DNA of 64,000 nt from Bacteroidales bacterium UBA6408. GTDB taxonomy: Bacteria > Bacteroidota > Bacteroidia > Bacteroidales > UBA932. The DNA lies in assembly GCA_002439805.1 (NCBI GenBank), contig DJPQ01000002.1, positions 2,448 through 66,447 on the forward strand, written 5' to 3'. Shown piece after piece: positions 53,301 through 60,686 of the stretch; position 1 is the stretch's first letter; the number at the start of each line of letters is the position of its first letter. The notes under the pieces are model-generated. The model was not told the origin of the DNA. It did no database searches and worked only from the letters and a program-made list of their open reading frames with translations. The position numbers were made by a program, and so were the translations under genes.

Positions 53301-54380
53301 CTTCGTGACGGCAAGTATTTCTGGGGCATAAACAGCAATGAATATATGACTATAGACGCCATTATAGGAAACCCTCCGTATCAGGAGGAGGGTATAAGTA
53401 CTCGTAAAGCACCTATCTATCACTTGTTTTACGACATTTCTTTCCGTTTGTCAGATAGAGTATCATTGATAACACCCGGGCGTTTTTTGTTCAAGGCGGG
53501 ACAAACGCCCAAAGAATGGATGGATAGGATTTTGGAAGACCGACATTTTAAGGTGGTGGATTACTTCCAAAAGTCAACGGACATATTCCCGTCTGTCGAT
53601 ATAAAAGGCGGCGTTGTAATCACTTGTCGTGATGCCAAGGCTGAATTTGAGCCAATCGGATTCTTTTCTGAATATGATGAATTAAAGAGTATTCTGCAAA
53701 AGGTGTTATCACATAAAGACTTTGTCAAGAACGAATTTAGCAATCTCGTATCTTCTCAAGGCCTTTATAAATTTTCAGAGGCGGCATTTAATGAACATCC
53801 TGAAATTTACGCAGTCCAAGGGAATGGAACTGCTGCAAAAATAACCTCAAATACGTTTGAACGCCTTCCTCATGTATTCCAAACGGAAGTGCCGGATAAT
53901 CCCGATGCTTTCATACGTATTTTGGGCCGGTCTCAAAATAAACGTGTCTATAAATGGATTGAGAAACGATATGTTTTACCAACTGACGGCTACTGTGAAT
54001 CTTTCAATGTTCTTGTCCCGGAAGCCAATGGAACGGGGTCAATCGGTGAAGTGCTCAGCACGCCGGTAATCGGCGTGCCGGTAATCGGGCACACCGACAC
54101 CTTCCTGAGCATCGGCAAGTTTACCGATGCCCAGCAAGCTGATCGGTGTCTCAAATACGTCAAGACAAAATTTGCCAGATGCATGTTGGGAACATTGAAA
54201 GCCACACAGCACAACCCACGTGAAACTTGGGCAAATGTGCCGATGCAGGATTTCACCTCTGAGAGTGATATAAATTGGAACACTCCTATGTCTGAAATAG
54301 ACAAGCAATTATACACCAAATACCGGCTCTCGAACGAGGAAATTCGGTTTATTGAACAGAATATCAAGCCGATGGAGTAA
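50400..54380 (+). CDS. fused GIY-YIG/T5orf172-like nuclease + SF2 (ResIII/DEAH) helicase + gamma-class N6-adenine MTase-like + TRD protein (Type ISP-like R-M enzyme)
   Basis: N-terminus LIYVFAI....CLKVGET....HNRI....ANEWF is GIY-YIG-like. Helicase motifs: I AKMRFGKT, II LIVDEAHEG, III LSGTPFN, VI YMQTIFRVQTP. MTase-like motifs: X VLTPWRVVNM, degenerate I LIMDINSKSGLYPL, IV IIGNPPYQ, then Eco57I-type SLITPGRFLFKAG...DIFPSVDIKGGVVI. Start set at ATG 50400; the track used TTG 50391. Confidence 0.8.
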   Translation: MATFETSLKSRLIYVFAIPDEWHKDCLKVGETTLEEDDGNFPLPNSEVLNKAAHNRIDQYTKTAGIAYNLLHTEMTVFFKGGTISSFNDKQVHSVLERSGVKKKTFDTVKGANEWFCCDLETVKKAIQAIKNGKDSLNASEISHTQTPIVFRPEQQAAIDKTKKQFKKGSQMLWNAKMRFGKTLCALRVARDLDMRRTIILTHRPVVDEGWFEDFGKIFYDRQDYHYGSRTKGESFASLERMAERGDKYVYFASMQDMRGAQLVGGKFDKNDDVFSTEWDFLIVDEAHEGTRTELGETVIKELTKTNTKVLKLSGTPFNLLDDYTEEETYTWDYTMEQRAKTEWDLLHMGDPNPYVSLPAINICTYDLGALMNDYSDDEKAFNFREFFRTKEDGTFIHENDVDNFLSLLCKDDKESLYPYSNDLYRGIFRHTLWVLPGVKAARALSAKLKEHPIFGCFEIVNVAGNGDEDEENADALQMVNTAIGNNPDETFTITLSCGRLTTGVSIKPWTAVFMMAGSFSTSAAGYMQTIFRVQTPFTCKGRMKEQCYAFDFAPDRTLRMLAEVAKVSAKAGKSTEEDRKILGDFLNFCPIISIEGSQMKPYDVNKMMGELKKAQIEKVVQCGFEDGALYNDELLKLTDVDLADFKNLKGIIGKTKAMPKSGDIDVNNQGFTNEEYAEKEKLEKKPKRERTPEEQARLDELKKRHNQRKDAISILRGISIRMPLLIFGAELKNEAEEITIDNFANLVDDTSWTEFMPQDVTKEVFAKFKRFYEPDVFREAGKRIRAMTRAADKFSIEQRIERIVGIFNTFRNPDKETVLTPWRVVNMHINDCLGGWCFMDEEFKIPLETPRFVDKGEVTHSVFRTDSLIMDINSKSGLYPLLAAYNIYRNRLEAAKEKYGEFSNAFSMQLWDLTIEQNILVVCKTPMARSITRRTLVGFRDTEVHAEYYKNLIENISQNPDLVVNTLRDGKYFWGINSNEYMTIDAIIGNPPYQEEGISTRKAPIYHLFYDISFRLSDRVSLITPGRFLFKAGQTPKEWMDRILEDRHFKVVDYFQKSTDIFPSVDIKGGVVITCRDAKAEFEPIGFFSEYDELKSILQKVLSHKDFVKNEFSNLVSSQGLYKFSEAAFNEHPEIYAVQGNGTAAKITSNTFERLPHVFQTEVPDNPDAFIRILGRSQNKRVYKWIEKRYVLPTDGYCESFNVLVPEANGTGSIGEVLSTPVIGVPVIGHTDTFLSIGKFTDAQQADRCLKYVKTKFARCMLGTLKATQHNPRETWANVPMQDFTSESDINWNTPMSEIDKQLYTKYRLSNEEIRFIEQNIKPME
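53350..53383 (+). repeat. inverted repeat, left copy (inside the expressed gene, on the IDAIIGNPPYQ codons)
   Basis: ctatagacgccattataggaaaccctccgtatca. Its reverse complement occurs at 55454..55487 with one mismatch (T/G). Confidence 0.9.
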
Positions 54381-54383
54381 ATG

Positions 54384-54422
54384 TTTGGCGTAATAAGTGA
54401 AAGTTCAACATATTACGCCAAA
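54384..54422. terminator. symmetric hairpin between the two convergent cassettes
   Basis: tttggcgtaata / tattacgccaaa perfect 12-bp stem with a 15-nt loop. It sits 4 nt after the stop at 54380 and 14 nt after the minus-strand stop at 54436, so it can serve either orientation. Confidence 0.6.
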
Positions 54423-54435
54423 TTCATTATTACTA

Positions 54436-55518
54436 CTAGTTCCCTTGTTTTTCCATAAGCACATCCTTGATAAGACTCTGTTCTTCTGTATTAATGTCAA
54501 ATAGAGAATAAAGTTGATAATCAATATCTTTCTTGAAATCCAAAATGCCATTGTCGTTCGTATAGTCCAATATATCAGGAACTAATTTGGCAAGGGAAGT
54601 CAATGCTTCGTCAGTTAGTAAAAAAGCGTAGCGAATAAGTTTGCTGTTGCAATAATCGAAAAAATTTAGGGCCTCTTGCTCCGTGAAAAATGTTTTAAGA
54701 GCAACTCTTGAACGCCCAAATGCACTACGGTTGTCCATCACCGCTATTTGATTGCTACGTTTCTGCCCACCGGCATTGGCACTTGACACAACTACTTTCC
54801 ACCGTGCTAATTGTTCTTTTCCTGTGGTTATGACATTCTTACTCGCCACATACCATTTTGCTCTACCGCTTTTGCCGGCCTTGTCGTTGGTAAACAACTT
54901 AATCTCATCATCTGACAGTGGTTCGCCTTCTTGATATTCACGCACCAATGTAGGGTTAGTTTCAACGAAATCACTTTCAATGGAAAATAATTTTTGAGAT
55001 AGAATAGAATCGTGTAAAAACGCAAATCGTTCTGATACACCCCGTTTAATCTTGGCGGCGATGCTAATATCCAATGGATTAAGAGGCATAAGGTCGTCTC
55101 TGGGGTTCGCTGCCTGTATTTGATGGGAGACTCCAGATTTTGAATAGATATAGGTAAATCCATCATTCTTTTTACTCATATCCTTGAAAACAATGGAAAT
55201 ACCATCTGCGATAGCGACGTCTTTGAAAATATCGGCCGAGTTCGGGAAATAATGCAGTTGTATTAAATGAGGGTCATTTATCTGTTCTAATCCAAATTGT
55301 TCCATGCCTTTCCCTGAACGATGAATCCATCGTCCTCCAGGGTAAATCAAAGCTGTGTATCTTGCAAGTCTATCACTGATAGTTTGAAAATGTTGAAAAA
55401 TACTTGAACTCCTTTTTTGTCCATTATCCGTATCAGCCTTTGCAACAGTTACTTGATACGGCGGGTTTCCTATAATGGCGTCTATAGGAACTACTCTGCC
55501 TATATTAGCATAGGCAAT
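54436..55518 (-). CDS. silent alternative C-terminal cassette (MTase motif IV to TRD), with no start codon or promoter of its own
   Basis: The minus frame is open from the in-frame TAA at 55519-55521 and reads IAYANIGRVVPIDAIIGNPPYQVTVAKADTDNGQKRSSSIFQHFQTISDRLARYTALIYPGGRWIHRSGKG...DIFKDVAIADGISIVFKD.... It is collinear with aa about 985-1326 of the big protein but strongly diverged after NPPYQ. No ATG lies upstream of the NPPY region; the track's M at 55350 is a TTG. Confidence 0.75.
   Translation of the reverse strand: MAYANIGRVVPIDAIIGNPPYQVTVAKADTDNGQKRSSSIFQHFQTISDRLARYTALIYPGGRWIHRSGKGMEQFGLEQINDPHLIQLHYFPNSADIFKDVAIADGISIVFKDMSKKNDGFTYIYSKSGVSHQIQAANPRDDLMPLNPLDISIAAKIKRGVSERFAFLHDSILSQKLFSIESDFVETNPTLVREYQEGEPLSDDEIKLFTNDKAGKSGRAKWYVASKNVITTGKEQLARWKVVVSSANAGGQKRSNQIAVMDNRSAFGRSRVALKTFFTEQEALNFFDYCNSKLIRYAFLLTDEALTSLAKLVPDILDYTNDNGILDFKKDIDYQLYSLFDINTEEQSLIKDVLMEKQGN
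55454..55487 (-). repeat. inverted repeat, right copy (on the IDAIIGNPPYQ codons of the silent cassette)
   Basis: Forward tgatacggcgggtttcctataatggcgtctatag is the reverse complement of the left copy, except for one base. Confidence 0.9.
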
Positions 55519-55547
55519 TTATATTTTACCCATTAACTAGAACAGAT

Positions 55548-56354
55548 ATGGACACAAGTGAATTTGAAGCATTCCTGAAGCAGGAAAATCTAGCTAAGAA
55601 CACCATTACAGCCTACATATATGCTGTGAAAGATTATTTTGTTCATTACAAGGGACTGAATAAATGCAATCTCATTGCCTACAAAAATCTCCTGACAGAT
55701 AATTTCAAGCCCAAGACTGTAAACCTCCGGATATTGGGTTTGAACAAGTATCTGGGATATATCGGCAAATCTAAGTTACATTTGAAAACCATAAAAGAGC
55801 AACAGTGCACTTATCTGGAAAATATCATCAGTAATGCCGATTACGAGTTTATGAAAAAACGTCTGAAGATGGAGAAAAACCAGACATGGTACTTTGCCGT
55901 GCGATTTCTTGCCGCTACCGGAGCAAGAATAAGTGAACTGATTCACTTGAAGGCAGAGCATATCTCAACTGGATATTTCGATATCTACTCCAAAGGCGGT
56001 AAAGTGCGCCGCATCTACATTCCAAAGCAGTTGTGTACTGAAAGTAATGCGTGGCTATCAGGCCAGAGACGCTCCGATGGTTATATTTTCTTGAATCAAT
56101 ACGGCCAGCGACTCACAACAAGAGGCATTGCACAACAGCTGAAGAAGTATGCCGTAAAATATGGTTTGAATGAGAAAGTTGTTTATCCTCATTCTTTTCG
56201 ACATCGTTTTGCAAAGAATTTCTTAGAAAAGTTCAATGATATATCCTTACTTGCCGACCTCATGGGACACGAAAGTATTGAAACCACTCGCATCTACCTA
56301 CGCCGCAGCAGCACTGAACAGCAACAGATAGTCGACAAGGTGATAACCTGGTAA
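55548..56354 (+). CDS. tyrosine site-specific recombinase (shufflon/invertase-type, XerC/D-like)
   Basis: 268 aa with an N-terminal SAM-like core-binding domain. Catalytic signature ATGARISEL (Arg), HSFRHRFA (His-x-x-Arg), GHESIETTRIYL (His...Tyr). Confidence 0.87.
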   Translation: MDTSEFEAFLKQENLAKNTITAYIYAVKDYFVHYKGLNKCNLIAYKNLLTDNFKPKTVNLRILGLNKYLGYIGKSKLHLKTIKEQQCTYLENIISNADYEFMKKRLKMEKNQTWYFAVRFLAATGARISELIHLKAEHISTGYFDIYSKGGKVRRIYIPKQLCTESNAWLSGQRRSDGYIFLNQYGQRLTTRGIAQQLKKYAVKYGLNEKVVYPHSFRHRFAKNFLEKFNDISLLADLMGHESIETTRIYLRRSSTEQQQIVDKVITW

Positions 56355-56470
56355 AATACGCCCTTTTATCCCTGCGGCATTGGCATAGATGTCAAGTCAA
56401 TAAGTACGAGTGCAGTATTGAATAGTCCAAGACATTTTTTGATTAGCACATAAGTCTGCACACATAAAAA

Positions 56471-56500
56471 TGTCCCGTTTTTTGCGTAAAAAATGGGACA
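56471..56500. terminator. hairpin at the right island edge, between the recombinase and the convergent patB-like gene
   Basis: tgtcccgtttttt / aaaaaatgggaca, a 13-bp stem with one G-T pair and a 4-nt loop. Confidence 0.4.
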
Positions 56501-56563
56501 AGACGGTGAGCAAAAAACTTTGTCACCATCTTGTTCGTTGTCCTTGAATTTACACCACTTTTG

Positions 56564-57745
56564 CTACAATGCCCGACTCAGCCGCTCAAGGCCGGCGAGG
56601 AGGAGGGAGCGGGGACAGGCGATGTTGAGGCGGATGAAGTTCTCGCCGCCGGGACCGTACATGGAGCCGGAATTGACCATTAGTTTCTGCTCGTCAAGCA
56701 GGAGCGCCGTGACCTCGTCGGCGTTCAGCCCCGTCGCGCTGATGTCAATCCAGACGAGATAGGTGCCTTCGAGTTCCGTGACGGGACACTGAGGGATGTG
56801 CTCGGAGAAAAAGACCTTGACCGTCATATAGTTGTCATAGAGGTAGCCGCGCAGCTCATCCAGCCAGTCGGCTCCCTCCGGAGAGTATGCAGCGAGGGTC
56901 GCCTCTACTCCGAACGGGTTCACGTCACAGACCTCGTTGATGTTGATTGCACGGTCTATGCGGGAGAGGATTTCGCAATCCTCCGCGATTATGTTCGCAA
57001 TCTGAAGTCCGGCGATGTTGAATGCCTTGCTCGGTGAGATGCAGGTGGCGGAGCCGAGCCTGAAAGCCTTGCCGAGAGAGGCGAAGGGAGTGTAGTCGTG
57101 TCCGGGGTAGGTCAGCTCGCAGTGAATCTCGTCGGAAATTACGAACACATTGTTCCTCAGACATATTTCCCCGACTCCGCGCAGTTCCTCCTCAGTCCAC
57201 ACCCGCCCGACGGGATTGTGGGGATTGCACAGAATCATAACCTTCGCCTTCTGGTCGGAGGCCTTCGCCTCAAGGTCGTCGAAGTCCATTCTCCACGAAA
57301 GTCCGTCGCGGAGAAGCCGGTTCGGGAGCATCTCGCATCCGTTGTTGCGGATGGACGAGAAGAAGCAGTTATAGACCGGAGGCTGCACTATGACCTTGTC
57401 TCCCGGGCGGGTCAGCGCCTTGATAATCGCTGAAATTGCAGGTACCACGCCGCTCGTGCAGATGAACCGGTCGCGCTCGAAGCGCACGCCGTGACGCTCT
57501 CTGAACCAGTCGATTACGGCATCATAGTAGGACTGCGGAACCTTGACATAGCCGAAAATCCCATGCTCTACCCTGCGGCGCAGCGCTTCAGTCACGCAGG
57601 GCGCCGTCCTGAAGTCCATGTCCGCGACCCACATCGGCAGCACGCCTTCCGCCGGGGTGTCCCATTTGTAGGAATTTGTCCCGCGCCTCGGAACTATCTC
57701 ATCAAAATTGTATTTTCCCATTTTCTCTAACATTTTACCCGCCAT
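56564..57745 (-). CDS. MalY/PatB family PLP-dependent cystathionine beta-lyase / aminotransferase
   Basis: N-terminus KYNFDEIVPRRGTNSYKWD and MWVADMDF. PLP-lysine context ISPSKAFNIAG. The start may be one of the nearby Met codons (57745, 57733, 57721). Confidence 0.85.
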   Translation of the reverse strand: MAGKMLEKMGKYNFDEIVPRRGTNSYKWDTPAEGVLPMWVADMDFRTAPCVTEALRRRVEHGIFGYVKVPQSYYDAVIDWFRERHGVRFERDRFICTSGVVPAISAIIKALTRPGDKVIVQPPVYNCFFSSIRNNGCEMLPNRLLRDGLSWRMDFDDLEAKASDQKAKVMILCNPHNPVGRVWTEEELRGVGEICLRNNVFVISDEIHCELTYPGHDYTPFASLGKAFRLGSATCISPSKAFNIAGLQIANIIAEDCEILSRIDRAININEVCDVNPFGVEATLAAYSPEGADWLDELRGYLYDNYMTVKVFFSEHIPQCPVTELEGTYLVWIDISATGLNADEVTALLLDEQKLMVNSGSMYGPGGENFIRLNIACPRSLLLAGLERLSRAL

Positions 57746-57793
57746 GGAGGCGAAGAAACCTGCCCGAAAGTCCCGACGGAACCGTCTCCCGTC

Positions 57794-58648
57794 CTATCTT
57801 CTTCCGCCCCGCACCTCAATCACGCAGTCCGCCGGAGCCTTGATGTTCTTGTCGATGATTATTTCCCCGATTTCATCCGCCACAATGCTTCCCGTCCGAG
57901 GGTTCTTGACGCTGCGGATGCCCCCATTGATGGTTGCCTGCACGCTGCTGTACTCGAACGCGAGGTCGCAGTCCTCGGCGAATGTGCAGTTCTCAAGCAC
58001 GAGATTCTCAGCATAGCAGAGCGGCTGAGTGCCGGAAATACGGCAGTTCACGAGTCTGAGGTTCCGGGAATGCCAGCCGAGGTATTCCCCGCTGAGTTCG
58101 GAATCATAGACCGTCACGTTCTCGCTTTCCCAGAGCGCGTCTTTCGTCGTGATTTTCGCATTTCGCAGCTCAAGGTTGCGGACATACTGGAACACATACT
58201 TGCTGTCGCTGACAAGGCCGTCGATTTTCAAGTCATTGCTGAACATGAAAGGGTAGGTGCCTCCGTGCAATTTCAAGTCCTTTACATTCACGCGGCTGCA
58301 TCTCCAGAAGACCTCGTCCGCGTCAGTCATCTCCACCCTCTCGATTTCGATGTCGCTCATCTCACGGAACATCTTAGGCGCGGCAATCACGGTGTCCCTC
58401 ATAGTAAGATGATCCGAATACCACAGCGCCGAACGCCCCCCGACATCGAAGAAGCAGCGCTCGATGAGAAACCCGTGCACGTGCCAGAAGGGATAGTTTC
58501 CCTCGAACCTGCAATCGACGGCCTCGATGTCGCTGCATTCCTTTATCGCCGACTCGCCCTCGTGTATGACGACATTCTCAAGCCGCAGCCCATGTGATTC
58601 AAACAGAGGGCGTTCGCCTCCGAATTCCGCATTCCGTATCGTTTTCAT
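57794..58648 (-). CDS. DUF3737-like parallel beta-helix protein
   Basis: 284 aa. N-terminus IRNAEFGGERPLFESHGLRLENVVIHEGESAIKE and repeated roughly 22-aa beta-helix-like units match my memory of the DUF3737 family. Confidence 0.65.
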   Translation of the reverse strand: MKTIRNAEFGGERPLFESHGLRLENVVIHEGESAIKECSDIEAVDCRFEGNYPFWHVHGFLIERCFFDVGGRSALWYSDHLTMRDTVIAAPKMFREMSDIEIERVEMTDADEVFWRCSRVNVKDLKLHGGTYPFMFSNDLKIDGLVSDSKYVFQYVRNLELRNAKITTKDALWESENVTVYDSELSGEYLGWHSRNLRLVNCRISGTQPLCYAENLVLENCTFAEDCDLAFEYSSVQATINGGIRSVKNPRTGSIVADEIGEIIIDKNIKAPADCVIEVRGGRR

Positions 58649-58720
58649 ATATTCTCAAATTTCGCGTATTCGTCTTTTTCGTATCCGCCGATGAGACGGC
58701 GCTTCTTCCGATTTGCGATG

Positions 58721-58728
58721 CAAAATTA
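58721..58728 (-). promoter_or_regulatory. -7 promoter box (TAATTTTG on minus strand)
   Basis: TAnnTTTG consensus, 73 nt upstream of the ATG at 58648. Confidence 0.4.
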
Positions 58729-58795
58729 AGTATAAAAATGCTTTTACGAAACATCCATATCTCCGATGCTCCTACCGATTTCAATGAATTTTGGG

Positions 58796-58803
58796 TATCT
58801 TTG
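58796..58803 (+). promoter_or_regulatory. -7 promoter box (TATCTTTG) for pnuC
   Basis: TAnnTTTG consensus, 20 nt upstream of the ATG at 58823. Confidence 0.45.
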
Positions 58804-58822
58804 CAGCGGATTTGAAATAAAT

Positions 58823-59488
58823 ATGGAATTTGACTTTCTCGGAATATTCACGCTCGTCACGGGTGTCCTGTTCCTGGTTCTCGAAATCAGGCAGAACAAC
58901 TGGATGTGGGTCTTTCAGCTGCTCTCGGCTGCCGCAGCCATGATTTCGTTCTTCATAGGCGGGCTGTACGCCTCGTCCGCGCTGAACCTCTACTATGTCG
59001 TGATGGCATTCGTAGGCTTCGTCCAGTGGAGGAGGGATGACAGGCTGAAAGATTTCTCGGATGTGCCCGAAATGACAAAGGGAAACGCCAAGATGGCAAG
59101 CGAAGGCTCAAAAGTGACGGCCGACAATGTCGAGAATGTCGCAGCGATTCACCTGCGGCACCTGTCCCCGAGGACGACCCTCATCAGCGCTCTGATACTT
59201 GTTGCCGGCACGGCGGCGCTGTATTTCATCCTCCGGGAGCTTGACGACCCGAAATCCGTGGGAGACGCCGGCGCGACGGTCCTGAGCTGCATCGCGACAT
59301 GGTGGCTCGCGAAGTCATATCCCCAGCAGTGGATTCTCTGGATCTTCGCAGACGCCGCCTCCGCATGGATTTGTCATACCCAAGGAATGCCGGCCATGTC
59401 ACTCCTATATATAATATACGCCCTTTCCGCGATATACGGATATATCCATTGGATGAGGAGAGGAAAATATATCGACGAAATCGGATGA
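58823..59488 (+). CDS. pnuC: nicotinamide riboside transporter PnuC
   Basis: Start at MEFDFLGIF. PnuC-type helices (LEIRQNNWMW, YVVMAFVGFVQW, WILWIFADAASAWIC, YGYIHW). Has a hydrophilic central insert. Confidence 0.8.
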   Translation: MEFDFLGIFTLVTGVLFLVLEIRQNNWMWVFQLLSAAAAMISFFIGGLYASSALNLYYVVMAFVGFVQWRRDDRLKDFSDVPEMTKGNAKMASEGSKVTADNVENVAAIHLRHLSPRTTLISALILVAGTAALYFILRELDDPKSVGDAGATVLSCIATWWLAKSYPQQWILWIFADAASAWICHTQGMPAMSLLYIIYALSAIYGYIHWMRRGKYIDEIG

Positions 59489-59546
59489 AACGGAGGCTCA
59501 TTTCAATGGAATCATATCTCAATAAACAGAAAATAAAGAACAAACG

Positions 59547-60365
59547 ATGAATACGAGAGAACAGAAACTTGAGGCGTTCGGGCGGCTGCTCGACATTTTG
59601 GACGAACTGAGGGTGAAATGCCCGTGGGACCGGAAACAGACGAACGAGAGCCTGCGGCCGCAGACGATTGAGGAGGTGTATGAACTGAGCGACGCGATTC
59701 TGAAGGATGAGCATGGGGAGATTTGCAAGGAGCTCGGCGACCTGCTGCTCCATGTCGTGTTCTATGCGAAGATGGGCGACGAAAAGGGGGAATTTGACAT
59801 TGCCGACGTATGCAATCATCTGTGCGACAAACTGATATATCGCCACCCTCATGTATTCGGAGAGACTGAGGCAGCCTCGGCGGAGGATGTGGTGCGCAAC
59901 TGGGAGATGCTCAAGACCAGAGAGAAGGACGGCAACAAGAGGGTTCTGAGCGGGGTGCCGGAGTCGCTTCCGTCGATGATTAAGGCCTACAGGATTCAGG
60001 ACAAGGCCCGCGGGGTCGGCTTCGACTGGGAAAAGAAGGAGGATGTCTGGGCGAAGGTCAAGGAGGAGGAAGGAGAACTGGAAACTGAGCTGAAGGCCAT
60101 TGACGCCGCCGTCTCGGACGAGGAAAAGGCCGCGGCGAAGGACCGTGCCGAAGAGGAGCTCGGAGACATGATTTTCGCTCTCGTGAACGCCGGCCGCCTC
60201 TACAAACTCAACCCGGACACTGCCCTGGAGCGCACCTGTGCCAAGTTCCGCCGCCGCTTCACCTACCTCGAAGAGCACACCATCCGCGAGGGCCGCGACC
60301 TCCACGACATGACTCTCGCCGAAATGGACGCCATCTGGGACGAGGCCAAAGGAAAGGGGTTGTAA
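59547..60365 (+). CDS. mazG: nucleoside triphosphate pyrophosphohydrolase MazG
   Basis: Tandem MazG domains: CPWDRKQT..SL...IEEVYELSDAI and ELGDLLLHVVFYA; second EELGDMIFALVN. Confidence 0.88.
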   Translation: MNTREQKLEAFGRLLDILDELRVKCPWDRKQTNESLRPQTIEEVYELSDAILKDEHGEICKELGDLLLHVVFYAKMGDEKGEFDIADVCNHLCDKLIYRHPHVFGETEAASAEDVVRNWEMLKTREKDGNKRVLSGVPESLPSMIKAYRIQDKARGVGFDWEKKEDVWAKVKEEEGELETELKAIDAAVSDEEKAAAKDRAEEELGDMIFALVNAGRLYKLNPDTALERTCAKFRRRFTYLEEHTIREGRDLHDMTLAEMDAIWDEAKGKGL

Positions 60366-60425
60366 ATCTGCACGAGCCGGATTGTTCTTTCAGCCATATT
60401 ATAATTTCTAAACAATTAGAACATA

Positions 60426-60686
60426 TCAGGAAACATTAGCGCCGAAAAGTGCGTTGAAAGATGCAGAGACGGCGGCGATGCGGTAGGGATTTTCCTCTTC
60501 CGTCAGGACATCGAGAAGATGGGCACGGGCACGGCGGAAAGTCTGCGGATGCACATGGCGGGAGTAAGGTTTGAGGACCGTGCCGAGAAATCGCACGCCC
60601 TTGATGGCGGTTGTAAGGTGAACCTTGCGAAGATGGAGTCGCAGGCCAAGTTCACGAGAAAGAATGCAAAAGTATTTGTCGAAATC
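60426..60686 (-). pseudogene. reverse-transcriptase C-terminal fragment (post-YxDD region), start-less and out of frame with the upstream ORF
   Basis: My own translation of the alternative minus frame: DFDKYFCILSRELGLRLHLRKVHLTTAIKGVRFLGTVLKPYSRHVHPQTFRRARAHLLDVL...*. It has 86 codons, no Met and no stops. The L.LH..K..L.....GV.FLG...KP pattern matches the RT domain 6/7 region of DGR/retron-type RTs. Confidence 0.45.

Larger units (their letters stand above)
53350..55487. mobile_element. putative invertible segment (shufflon) carrying the expressed and silent C-terminal cassettes
   Basis: Bounded by the 34-bp IR pair. Contains two convergent homologous cassettes separated by a symmetric hairpin. 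A tyrosine recombinase gene starts 60 nt outside the right IR. Confidence 0.7.
47870..56560. other. AT-richer accessory (defence) island inserted between prfA and the patB-like gene (approximate bounds)
   Basis: Base composition and codon usage shift abruptly by eye just after the prfA stop and just before the patB-like stop. Content is TA, R-M-like and recombinase genes only. Confidence 0.6.

Noticed and set aside
59226-60305. 359-aa ORF antisense to pnuC and mazG
   Set aside because: It spans two convergently supported plus-strand genes and their intergenic gap, and its sequence is Arg/Leu-rich and low-complexity.
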